Shown here: positions 13,201 through 25,252 of the stretch, piece by piece
How the letters are laid out: each line of letters opens with the position of its first letter
Numbering within the stretch: position 1 is the first letter of the stretch
Origin: Lingula anatina
Taxonomy: Eukaryota; Animalia; Brachiopoda
Assembly (NCBI GenBank): GCA_051362555.1
Contig: CM120641.1
Span: forward strand, 372,001-436,000
DNA: 64,000 nucleotides
Reading direction: 5' to 3'
Translations under genes and position numbers: made by a program
The notes under the pieces: generated by a model
Told to the model about the DNA's origin: nothing
What the model saw: the letters and a program-made list of their open reading frames with translations, nothing else
Database searches by the model: none

Positions 13201-14945
13201 TAAGGTCTATGGTCAGAAACTCAAGGGGGGGGGTCTAGACTTTGCTTCAGGGAGAAACCCAATGAAAGTTTCTGGAAAAAATTCCATGTCAAACTAGCCA
13301 CAGATATCAATAATGATTATCATAATTAAGATGGTATCCCAAGAAAAACATTGTGCAACTTTAACTAAGTTTCCAAACTCCAATTTCTATTTTTATCAGT
13401 GGTAATTCAAACAAACAAGTTCTTTTTTTCACAGTTTTTTTTACTTATTGCTCAATTTTTTAAACATCAAAACACAATAATTTATTACAGATAAATGGAT
13501 AGATATCACACCTTGGTATGACTTTTAACTCCCTCGTACAGCTGACCTAGAACAATCAGGGAAAGTCCTCTCAGGTATTGACACAACACATTTTTTCTGT
13601 CTATTCTAAGACATGTCTGAAATAAAACACAAATATTGTAAGTGACCTCTGATGTGAACACAAATACTGTGAGTGACCTCTAAAGTGAACCTACAACAGG
13701 AAGAGATGATTCAACTAATGACAAGAATCATTCATGATAAATTCCATTGTTTCTCCATAAAACATAGTGTTCATCACATTTTTTACTGGCGAGTCTTTTA
13801 ATCTGGTAACCTAAGATAATTCAATTAAACAGGCTATTCAGTTAGCATGTATATATAGATGAATCTAAATAAAGATATGGATAATCAAGTTAAATGAATC
13901 ATTTGCACTGGAAGATTAGAGATTCTACTGAAAGGGATGGAGTGCTATTCAAAAATCTTCATTCTAACAGTTTATCCTTTGAAATAAACAACATTTGATG
14001 AAAAGAGAGCAATGATGGAGGGTGCACTGACCCCCCCCCCCGCCCCCCCCAACCCCCCCAACCCCCCAACAGCCTAGTGTAACTCACATGAGTGTGCTCT
14101 AGTGCCTTTTCAGCCTCCCCTGAGAAATAATCAAAACTGCTCAATAGCTGCATAGTAAGTAAATTATACGGCATCCTGGATTTTGCCTTGTTAAACTGTG
14201 TTCTGGCTTGTTTGACATTGCCAATCTCCCTGGAAATAAAGTTTATAACTTAGTTTGGGCTATCCTGGATGTTTGCAATTTTTCATTATAACAGCAAAGT
14301 AGTGTCAAATAATTTCAAGAAAATTGAAACTTGAGAAATAAATTCATGATTACTAACAAAAACCTCAGAGAAAAAATCTTATCTGTGTAAAGTTTGCTGA
14401 GCAATAAATATTGATATCATGAACAAATTTTACCTGAATGCCTGGGCCAGACTCAGCAATGTTTCTGTGTGGTTAGGTTCTAATTTCAGTGCATCTTTAT
14501 ACACTTCTATTGCATTCTGAAAAGTGGGAGATGCAGTTTTATTTTAGCATTGAAAAGCTGATAAACACTCCCAGTATCAAGATCTTGACTTTTCTGTAAT
14601 TACAGCTGACTTTTTAAAATGAAATAACAATGAACTAGAATTAATTCACAATGGTTTTCAACATAGCCAACATTCCCTAAACTCTAGCTGTTATAATTTC
14701 AACTTACCCTTACTTTCCCCTTATAAAATAATGTCAACTTACCCTAATTTCCCCTATAAAATAGCATCAACTTACCCTTACTTTCCCTTTATAAAATAAT
14801 GTCAGACCAAGATGATACAAAAAGGGATGCTGAGGATCTTTTGCCAGATCCAAAGCTTTTCTAAAATCATCTTCTGCATCTTGCAGTTTCTGAAATGAGA
14901 CAATAAACAAAGGAAGAAACACTATTTAAGTCTCCCTCTCTCTCA

Positions 14946-14987
<42 letters not shown>

Positions 14988-16613
14988 GCGTGCATGCGTA
15001 TTACATATCACCTGTATCAATATATATTGTATATGCCTGATATCAATTATATTTACCATATGAAGAATGTTTGAAAAAATACCGTTTCCTATGAATACAC
15101 AGATTTGGAAAATTTTTCAAATAAACTGGCAAAGATGCCATTCATATGCAAACAGGGTGATTCACCAGTGCAAAATCATGATACTGACGTTTCTATTTTG
15201 CCCAATGTTAAATTCACAATATCAATTCATTCAGTAAATCTGAATGCAATTGAATGCATTTTCTTGGTCATAAAAAAATTCTCTCTGAATCCAGAGATCT
15301 CACTGCATGCTTTCTTGCCATTATGAGCCTATACACAAGTGACATGACCTTGATTCTGAATAAGTTTCTTCATAGGTATATGCTAATACTGTAAAAAAAC
15401 TTACTTCATCACAATAAATTCTCATCTAAGGCTGACTGACAAAGTAAACCAAAGGCTGACTTACCTGCATCAAAAACAATGCAGTTCCTCTAAGAAAATA
15501 TAGCTTGGCTCTATTACTGTGCTTCAGGGCTTCATTGACGTCTTCTAAAGCTTTGGTATATTGACCCAGTGATATTAAAACCTGAAGAATAATCAGCAAT
15601 TATTAATGACCATGAATATGTAGAAGTTACCTGTTGGAGTCAATATGGCCATGTAAAGATATAGTTTTTAAGTAAGTTTCACAAATAAATATTTTTTGTA
15701 ACTTTACCTCTGCTCTTCTTTCATAACTCTCTGACTTCTTTGGGTCCAACTCAATACTTTTACTAAAATCACGTAGTGCTAAAGCTGCATTAGTTTCAGA
15801 CTGAAAGACAAAGAATTTAATCATATAGCATACATATCTATGTAGTCTATACATATTAGAGATCAATAATCCATTTATTTAAAAAAATATATCAACATAT
15901 AACACTATATCATATTTTTAACATCTTATTTTTAGAAACTGAAATTGTTGGACATTTCATCAGATATTCTAAATTCCATACCAGTAACATACCTGAAGGC
16001 CTTTTCTTGCAAATGCTGTCCCTCTCCCGTGGTACGCAATTATTGTTTCAGGATGCTCCTTTAAAAACATATTATTTCAACAGACTATGCCCAAATAACC
16101 AAATCTACATACATTTTGTTGCAGCTTTAATTACAACTACAGGACTGATGAATTTTCAGCAATCTTCAGAAATCCCTTAAATTTTGCAATTTTAAATAAA
16201 CTAACATATTTTGTACTGTTAAGCATTTTAATATTCAAAACACATTAGTTGTTAAATAATGTGATAATCAAAATGAATACCTTGATAATATTAGTAAAAA
16301 CTTGAACTGCTTCATCTGGTTGAACCAAATTCATCAGAACCATCCCCATAGCTTTAGCAAAAGAAAAAAAAGATGTAATGGGTTTTTGTAAACAAAAAGA
16401 AATGTGGTTTATTGTTATTCAAAAGTTGTTTGTAATAAGAAGTATCTATCAACTAAGAAACTTGTAAAAACAAATTACTTGGATGCCATAAAGATTTATT
16501 CATCTTTTATTCATAAGCACAATATTTCATTTTTACCCCCTAGAGGGCCATGTGTAAAATAAGTGTGCACACTTAACATGTTTTATCCTCTTTGAATAAA
16601 GTTTATTATTATT

Positions 16614-16693
<80 letters not shown>

Positions 16694-18537
16694 GTATAAT
16701 AATAATTTGAATACATGGACTGGTGAAGTTTACACTGAGCATTAAGGGAAGTTTTCAATTTGTCATAAAACTTGTTTAACAAACTATTGGCCAAAATTGT
16801 AGCAAATAATACATTTGGACCAAATAATTGATAACTGATTTTATACCTACCAATATTTTTATCTATATCCATATTTCCTGTTGCTAGTGGCACTAATCCT
16901 TTTTTTGCTATAGATTCAGAATGGGCCTGGAAATAAAATAAAATGTTTTGAAAGACACTACACATGATATTAATGGCATAGTAAATTCAAACCTTCTTTG
17001 AAAAAAAAATCAATTTTATTTCCCAATATATTGGTTTACTGATAAATTCATAAAATATAATTAGGACATTCTGAATAGTGAGTTGGGTTTACATCAGATA
17101 ATTTGTTTTCATAATCAACTAAATATGATACATTTTCAAATAATGATATTTGGAATGTATATCTGCTGTGCAGCTAAGAAAAGAATATGTTAAATTGCCA
17201 TATGCCCATTTGTCAACTGATCAGCCAAGCACACCCATCCCCCCTCCCAAAATAAAGAAAAGAAAAAAAAACATCACAGAAAATTTACTCAAAACCATGA
17301 TAACAAAAACATTGTATTTATTTTTTATCTTAAGGTATACTAAATAATCAATTCTACAGGTAAATCTATCTAGCTTTAACAATCATCCCCTAATATCTAT
17401 ATACCATTTAACAAATTTTCTTTCAAGTAATTAAAACACCTTTCTTCATACAGCCATCACATTATAGCAATGGTGGCATACAGTATGATATTGATTATTC
17501 TTATTTAATTATAATTACCTCTAAATTAAACATGCCTTCCTTTGGACAAGACTCTCTTTGAACAGAACAAAGACCCACTGGCACATCTCCCTTCATTTCT
17601 AAAAACATAGAGAAGAATCATTATTAAACTGTACAGCAGTAATATTTTATATATATTTTATATTGGTTGCCATAAATACCTAAAATACTTAATAAATACA
17701 CCATACTGTTTGAACCCACACAGCACTAGATAAGTATTAGCAATCTATAATATTTCTACATTTACTCACATTATATCGAGGGGCAACACATTTCATTAAG
17801 GTCTATGTTTACACAAAAAAATTCTATAAGCAGAGTGCAGCATTAATATTGGCATTTCACCTAGACTCCTATCTTTATTGCCCAAGTAAAATCTAAGTAA
17901 AAGCAATTTACTGAGGAGACTACGTCAGCCCCCCCTGTTTGAGATCTATCCAGCTGATATGATGGTGATGATACAAGTAATGGGTTTACACACGACTGCA
18001 CATCAGGCAATAACATCTTGAGTGGGGCTTGTCACGTTAAACACATCTGCTATGTGGCAGATTCATCACAACCACATGGAGGGTAATACCTCATTTATTG
18101 CTCTGTGTTCCACGCTATTATTAATTGTGTGTTATTATTATTTTTTATTTAAATTTATAACACACAGAATGAAACAAAAAATATAAAATCCTGAAAAAAA
18201 TAATAAAACTCACGAACATCGCCATCGATTTGAGGGTAAATTAAAAGACGACAAGCGTGTTTCGCTTACCACATTCTGGGGCCAGTTCTCCTATGGTCAA
18301 GCTGATTGGCAAGACGAAACGATATCTGTGGTCAGTGCTCCGTGAAGTGGTTGCTCGAGATTCTTCGTCGCATTCTTTACAATCTCCAAACAGCTGTAGT
18401 CCCTTTACCCTAAAGACTTGTTGGCTACCGTCTTCTTGTGTAACATGAATGCTGGCTACATCACACTGTTGAGCATACTTAGACGAAATTTGTATAAATA
18501 GAAGGACGACAATCAGTTCTAAAACTTTTTCGGCCAT
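7246..18537 (-). CDS. TTC13: Tetratricopeptide repeat protein 13, 25 coding exons
   Basis: Hand-spliced GT-AG exons, all phase-consistent: 18537-18270, 17598-17519, 16926-16851, 16351-16281, 16058-15993, 15800-15708, 15581-15465, 14889-14776, 14516-14434, 14229-14088, 13616-13512, 12974-12902, 12398-12280, 12032-11992, 11756-11582, 11027-10994, 10718-10574, 10316-10233, 9934-9853, 9607-9498, 9123-8991, 8565-8486, 8064-7986, 7692-7613, 7345-7246 (TAG). Signal-peptide-like N-terminus, TPR helices, and motifs I recognise from TTC13: YLREYARYLHSHLD, WAKGLPF, EQPGLQPHI, GFLPNKR..AMGLAA, WRDIFDI..RRLADPD..LWLD, YYFYNLMPLSRG, GKEVTGKIPQGKL. An alternative in-frame ATG is at 18552. Confidence 0.93.
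16605..16707. repeat. (AAT)n microsatellite in a TTC13 intron
   Basis: Direct reading; it explains the poly-Ile and poly-Tyr ORFs. Confidence 0.95.
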
Positions 18538-18539
18538 AT

Positions 18540-19300
18540 TGACACACAACATAACACTGATTGGTTCCGAAGGTGTACATCTATCATTACTAAAATATAT
18601 CTAGTATTCATACATATAAATGTGTTTATGATAATTTATTTTATATACAGTGGTGTCAAAAGACCCACATTAGGGGCAATATGAATATTATTTCATCAAC
18701 TTACCTGTTCTTAAAATAAATCACATGCTAGATTATTTTCGGGACTAGGCATATTAATGTTTAATCGGCAAGTAGTTTATACAGTTTAGTCGCGGGAATC
18801 GTGGATTGGGGGTTCACTTCTTCGATGAGTTCATTTTCTATCCATTTTAAGCTATTGATTAAAGCTTCAATGCACAGTTGTCATTTTAAATTGGAGTTAC
18901 CTTTCTCTGTTACCTCCTGGTTGATTGTAGTGGAATTTGTGACCCATGAACAATAAATGCAGTTATTTAGATAACAAGCAAAGAGAAAAAAAATGGTATT
19001 GACCCATTAGAGCCTGCGTCATCAAAACAAACGGCAGCCATACTGGAGGGAGACCGGAATCGTCTGCTGCGCATGAACAAGCCATGTCTGTAGTTCAGTT
19101 TTCGTTTTCTGTATTTTCTTTCATATTTAACCAAGCAAAATGATGAATTACTGCAGGGTATTTGATCGAGAGAAGGTAACTAACTTTACAAGCGTTCACA
19201 GACTGCCTGCAGTGGTAAAAATCCATGGTGAAGGAACTAAAACCATAAACGGAGGAGAGACGGCGAGGTGGCTTTGAATCAAGACTCTTCGGAAAAGTAA
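18540..19300. promoter_or_regulatory. TTC13 promoter region, possibly bidirectional
   Basis: Locally CpG-richer sequence upstream of the TTC13 ATG. A + strand donor-like site (AAG|GTAAC near 19176) suggests a divergent first exon. Confidence 0.45.
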
Positions 19301-20470
19301 AGGATAAAACTAATTTATTTTATAGCAAAGAATGAAGAGCCAACTGTGCAGATTTTACCATAAAAGAAAAAACAGTAGAACACCAAAGACCTAGGTGTGT
19401 ACGTTTTGGGAGCACGTATATATTTAAAGTAGTGCCCAAAAAGTGTGGGTGGAGAGTGTGTTAATTTGTTAAAACGTGTGGAAATACCCAGGCAGGGTTT
19501 CGACTTTTATAATGAAGACTCACCTATTGCCTTGGGTGTAATTTGTTATCAGTTACGGTGCTCTCTAGATTTTATCGGCTGTCACCTACCTCTTTAATAC
19601 CTGGTTAGCATTATTCCCAATTAGTGTCAAGGCTATATTTGTACTGTACACAGCTGAGCTGGGCCAATTAAATCAATTACCTGTATGAAGAGTATTTGGA
19701 AGTTAGTGGCTTAATTTTTGATGACAGGTACAAAAGGCAGCTAGTTGACACACAAGGTAGAAGCAGCAAAAAATATTCCTACGGTAGATCTTTGTGACCA
19801 GCTGAGGAGACAGGATCTGAACATCAGGAGAGTGAAATCCAGTGCATGACAGGAGTTATTTAATTGAAGCGACACTCAGAACTCAGCATTTCATGTTCAC
19901 TTTTATTCATACAAAATGTGCACTTTTCCTATATGTTTAAGCAAATGGTTGCAGAAATCAATTCATGAACTGAATTATTGTTATTTTACATTGGACGTCA
20001 TAAATACATAAGTGTGAAAAATGCCTTGCTTCTGTGAATGACTGAATAATAATAAAATCCTAACAATGTTGCTTATATGAATGGTTGCATTCATGGTGAA
20101 TATTAAACTCTCTCAAACAACAGTCTCGTTATATGTTCTTTCTAATGAACCAAAATGAAGTACAAGAATGCTGAAATAATTTAAAAAGTTGATGATGGTA
20201 TAGAGCAAATGTTCTGCATACTTTACTTCTGTATAAACAATAGCATCTGAAAATCCCCAATATAGTTAGGATTTACATTAAAAAAAGAGAACAACAAATA
20301 CCTGATATTGCAGTTTTAAAGTAAATTTAAAATATATGAATTTTGTTCACTGAATACCTAGCAAAATATTCTCAATGCAAATGGTATATTAAATTTTATA
20401 AAATCAGTTTGATACAATACTTTTTATGACAGTAGATGTATTTTGAAAACTTATTTACAACACAACTCAC

Positions 20471-21152
20471 CAGCTTTATTTTGATACAAAGGACACGTCT
20501 TTTTCATCATTGACATAGTTTCTATTGCTCCATTGATATCAAGTGTAAAGTCCCATGGCAAATTCCCATTCTCTTCATGTAAGTCCCACTTAAACTGAGG
20601 TTTGAGGATATTTGTAGGGCCTAACAAATGCTTCTGTGAATGACTGAACTAATAATGAAATGCTAACAATGTTGCTTATATGAATGAACAACAGTCTTGT
20701 TACATGTACATGTACTTTCTAATGAACCAATATGAAGTACAAGAATGCTGAAATAATTTCTGACAGCTTCACGATGTAAAGATAAGTCATAACTAACAGC
20801 AATATTTCATGTCATAAGACAATCATACATTCTTCCTCGAGTCCACAAGGGTTTATCCTGATGATCAGCTCAAATTTCTTATATCTATCCTTTATGAAAA
20901 AAGTTGCTTCTATTTAAGGTTAAACTTATGATTACACATTAAACTCTCTCAAACTATAACTGTTATTACCCAATGAACAAGAAAAATGAAGTACAAGATA
21001 ACTGAACTATCCTTTTCCCTTTGGTGTCCTTGATCGTGATGTGAAGTTTACTTTATTTTATTTGGTTTACCTATATTTACGCTACTATTCCCCGTCGTTC
21101 ATTCCCTCCAGCATGGCCGCGGGACTAGTGTTACGGAGCAAATATGACGTCA
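20471..21152 (-). pseudogene. Chain of three putative phase-1 exons of an unidentified gene (one apparent +1 frameshift)
   Basis: Exons 21152-21071 (82 nt), 20909-20829 (81 nt) and 20620-20471 (150 nt), each AG...GT bounded (donors GTAAAC, GTATGA, GTGAGT). The last two splice into an open frame ATFFIKDRYKKFELIIRINPCGLEEECPTNILKPQFKWDLHEENGNLPWDFTLDINGAIETMSMMKKTCPLYQNKA. The first is open only if one G of a GGGG run is removed. Confidence 0.5.
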
Positions 21153-21238
21153 CTGTAATGGGTTAATAGTGAATCACAGTAACCAGGAAGGACAGGCCTT
21201 TCAATAATTACCATAAAAATGTTCACTTCGAGTTTAAG

Positions 21239-21277
<39 letters not shown>

Positions 21278-21978
21278 AGAAAAAAAGGGTGGAGGGGGTT
21301 ATTACAAAGCATTGGTTCCGTAACCACCCCATACTGAGCTCTGATTGCAATCCAGGCATGCAGTTAATTATTTGCACAATTAATTGTTATGACCTTGTTT
21401 GCTTCGCTCTTTTGTGATAGGAAAAAGATACCCTTGCAACAGTTAAGGGAGTTCCATGTAGTAGTATATGTAGTTAGTTATCACACAGTACGCCCTTTTT
21501 ATTAGTCATCACACCTGATCTGTTAAGTTATTCTTTGTACAGTATTATATATATGTCCATATTGAACACTATGAATATTTGCTTTTTTGCATTGTCAACT
21601 TAATTAATTGTTTTCCAGAATGTAGATGTCACTTCAAAAGTTCAAGAAAGTTGTTACAGGAATATTTGTTTAAAGCAATTAATTTATTTCTAAATAGGAG
21701 AAATGGACCAGTGCACGTACTGGAGTACAGTATTTTCTTGAAGATAAACATACAGTACACCACACCAGCAAGGCCAGTGACAAGGTGTGTCCTCTGCTTA
21801 GAAAAATAGAAAAATACCCTAAGAGACAGTCAGAACTTCTTCTGACCAGGCATGATTGAAACTGAACACTATTTTGGTGTTAATTACGTAGATGCATAGT
21901 TTTCTGTAACAGTAACAAACCTAACAGAAACATTTACAAGCAAAAATTTAAAAAACTATGTTGCAAATTTGTTCCAGA

Positions 21979-22130
21979 TTGGAGCCAGAAGGGTACATTA
22001 GGTTTAGGAACAGATCAAGCCGGTTGATGGGTGTTTTATCACCAGATGTTATATGCTGTACACAGTGATGATGCCAGCATGAGAGATATAATTCCACTTG
22101 GTCGGGGTACGGCCCTTATTCAAATGGAAG
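21979..22130 (+). other. Putative exon of an unidentified + strand gene divergent from TTC13
   Basis: Acceptor tttgttccag and donor AAG|GTATTT bound a GC-richer 152-nt segment that ends ...ATGGAAG. No protein recognised. Confidence 0.35.
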
Positions 22131-24729
22131 GTATTTGTTGCATTTTAATGTAGATCTTCTTTACTATGTTAAGATCACTTGATCATGTGCCACAGTGGTA
22201 TTGCATAATGTATAACTTAATAATTAGATGAAGATTTCCCATCCATCGGTAAAGGTCTCTAGTTGTCATATAGATTGCAAAACGGTGACATAATCAAAAT
22301 AAGTAAGAAATATTTAAATTCTGCCAACCTCTGTATTCATACAAATATGCCTCGATCTGAGCACTATGAAGATGTTAATGGCAAGATTTTTTCAGTCTTC
22401 TATTTTTTTACAAATGCACCTTGTTGCAACTGAGATCAAGACAAAATGAAAATGGAAAATATATTCTGGATTCGTATGTTTTACATTTTGTTGCAATGCT
22501 TGAGAGGTGCTGGATTAGTATGTTTAAGAAATGCAGCAGAGGTTCTAAGGTGGTGTGTTTGCTTGTGGTTGTGCATCCAAACTGTTGCAATTCACTGGAA
22601 TTCATAGGACTGACGAGCCAGAAAAATGAGAAGCTTGAATCTTCTTAGGGTCTGTGCTTAATTGGGTTTTTGTTATATGAAATCGTCAAATTTCCTCTCT
22701 CTGACAGTTGTGTCAAAGACATAAAACATTTTATTCACTGATTTAATTATGACCTTAGATTACAGATTGTACTTAAACATGAACTAAAGAATTACATTTG
22801 AAGCATTGGTGTTCAGAATGTTATTCAAATGGATTTTTGCAAGGTCAATTTGAGATGCAGATGCATGATAGCCAGTTAAGAATAGAAAACTGATGATAAC
22901 TGAAGAAAAACTGCTTTGTTCTTGTTGTTATTTTTTTCTACCCTAAATCCCAGCTGGCTTGAATAGAACGAATGGTTTAATTACTCACTATTTCTGTAGA
23001 CAAGATATATGTAAAATTTCGCCAACCCCATATTTATATTAATTTAAATATTTTTATCATGGAATATAAGTTCATGTTCCTTAAGGAGTAACAACTGTTC
23101 ATTTTGGCCAAAAATGGATTTTCCTTGGGTAAACAGCAATTTTCCCATACTTACCAGTGGGTAGTTAATCCATTCCAACATTTAGAGTAAGTTTTTATTA
23201 GTATTTTTTGATAATCTTAGCCATGTGTACGTGGTACGATGGTGGGCACAAATTCCAGAATAATTGCAATACTTGGCATTTTGGCAGTAAAATAGAATTT
23301 ATTTTATTTCTATGTGTTGTTTAAAATAAATTTATTGTGAAATATGAATCACATACAGTTTTTATCCTTTTTCATCAGAAAACAAGATCATTGTGTTCTT
23401 AATCTCCCAGGATCATTGGGATCAATTTTAGTGGCTGTTGTAAAATGAGAAATGACCAGTTTTGAATATGGATTTGAAGCTGGTCTTCTTGTTCCTTCTA
23501 ATGGTCATCGAAAATCTTCATTGGGCTTGGTAGTGAAACATGTTTTGGTTTCACATCATTGCAAAACCAAAACATGACCATTAGAGCTGGTCTTCTACCT
23601 CTTGTTCCTTCTAATGGTCATCGAAAATCTTCATTGGGCTTGGTAGTGAAACATGTTTTGGTTTCACATCATTGCCCTGTGTCGTGTATAATACAGACAT
23701 AACCAGCTGTCACTGCTACCTGAGAAGACAGAGAAGATAATGATGACACTATGTACACTTCAGGTTAAGTTTTAACTTAAGGGTTCTTATCATCTTTTGT
23801 GTCTGAATTGGGAATTAAAGGAATCTTTTCAGGCTAAGACTGATTTGACTGCAGGATTGCCAGTAATTCTGCTGCTAAAGATGTCTTGGTGTCACTATAG
23901 CATGGTTTTATACATGCAGTTCGTGAAAATCAGCTTTTCTTTCAGACAAATTTGAATCCATTTAATGGGACTACATGTATATCACCTTGTCAGGGACTTA
24001 AAACTATAAAAATATGCTTCATTAAGATGATTGCATTTCTGATTCAGAAATAAATGTTAATGGTGCTTTAAAATTAGGCAGTTGTAATAATTTCACAGAA
24101 AGCAAATTAGTAAATTAAAAAAAATCCTTCATACACAAATAATGATACACACTTCATCAATATATCATCCATCCAACCCACATGTGTTTTTAGAATTTCT
24201 ATTTTACTCTCTTCACACTGTGGCTTCTGTCTAATTTAGGTCCCTCTGTGTAATTTGGGTCCTTTTTCAGACCTCCCTTTCAGATCTCTTTTTTTTTGTG
24301 ATAATTTGAGTCAAGTTTGGCTTCCAAGATGGAAGTTTCATTAATTTTTATCAGTATGTAGGCTTGAACTGATTACACAGTTTTTCCTCTCCTTCCACAA
24401 GGAATTCATCTTTAATCATGCTACATCAAGATAGCTACCTTTATGTGATTATCTTCTGTTTTGGTAAAAACACAGGCTTATTTTCTGATCCAAAAATACC
24501 CTTTGTAATGAGGATTAAGACAAGCAAACATGTTGTCAGTGATTTCATTTCCCCTGCAATAATGCACTTGGTCTGACATGTAAAGTGTTCTAACAAATTG
24601 CAGCATTGTCATTAGGAATCCAGTGTTTTGTTTTTTTTTCAATAATACGGGTTGTTGTAGAATTTGGTATATGCATTAGATGTTTCTGTGCCTCTATTAA
24701 TTGTTATGTATGAACATTTTGTGTCTGTT

Positions 24730-25252
24730 TATTTTCTGGTTACTGTGTCTGTCCATGTCATCACTGTATCTGTTGATATTCTGGTTACTGTGTCTGTCCA
24801 TGTCATCACTGTATGTGTCTGTAGATATTCTGGTTACTGTGTCTGTCCATTTCATCACTGTATGTGTCTGTAGATATTCTGGTTACTGTGTCTGTCCATG
24901 TCATCACTGTATGTGTCTGTAGATATTCTGGTTACTGTGTCTGTCCATGTCATCACTGTATGTGTCTGTAGATATTCTGGTTACTGTGTCTGTCCATGTC
25001 ATCACTGTATCTGTTGATATTCTGGTTACTGTGTCTGTCCATGTCATCACTGTACGTGTCTGTAGATATTCTGGTTACTGTGTCTGTCCATGTCATCACT
25101 GTATCTGTTGATATTCTGGTTACTGTGTCTGTCCATGTCATCACTGTACGTGTCTGTAGATATTCTGGTTACTGTGTCTCTCCATGTCATCACTGTATGT
25201 GTCTGTTGATATTATATTCTGGTAACTGTGTCTGTCCATGTCATATTACTGT
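24730..25252. repeat. 45/49-bp minisatellite, about 11 copies
   Basis: Unit tattctggttactgtgtctgtccatgtcatcactgta(t/c)[gtgt]ctgt(a/t)ga in two length variants. Confidence 0.95.

Noticed and set aside
16533-16850. Poly-Ile and poly-Tyr ORFs
   Set aside because: (AAT)n microsatellite inside a TTC13 intron; only 16926-16851 is exonic.
21071-21152. In-frame TGA as selenocysteine in the hidden exon
   Set aside because: A 1-nt homopolymer indel explains the frame more simply, and no SECIS was identified.
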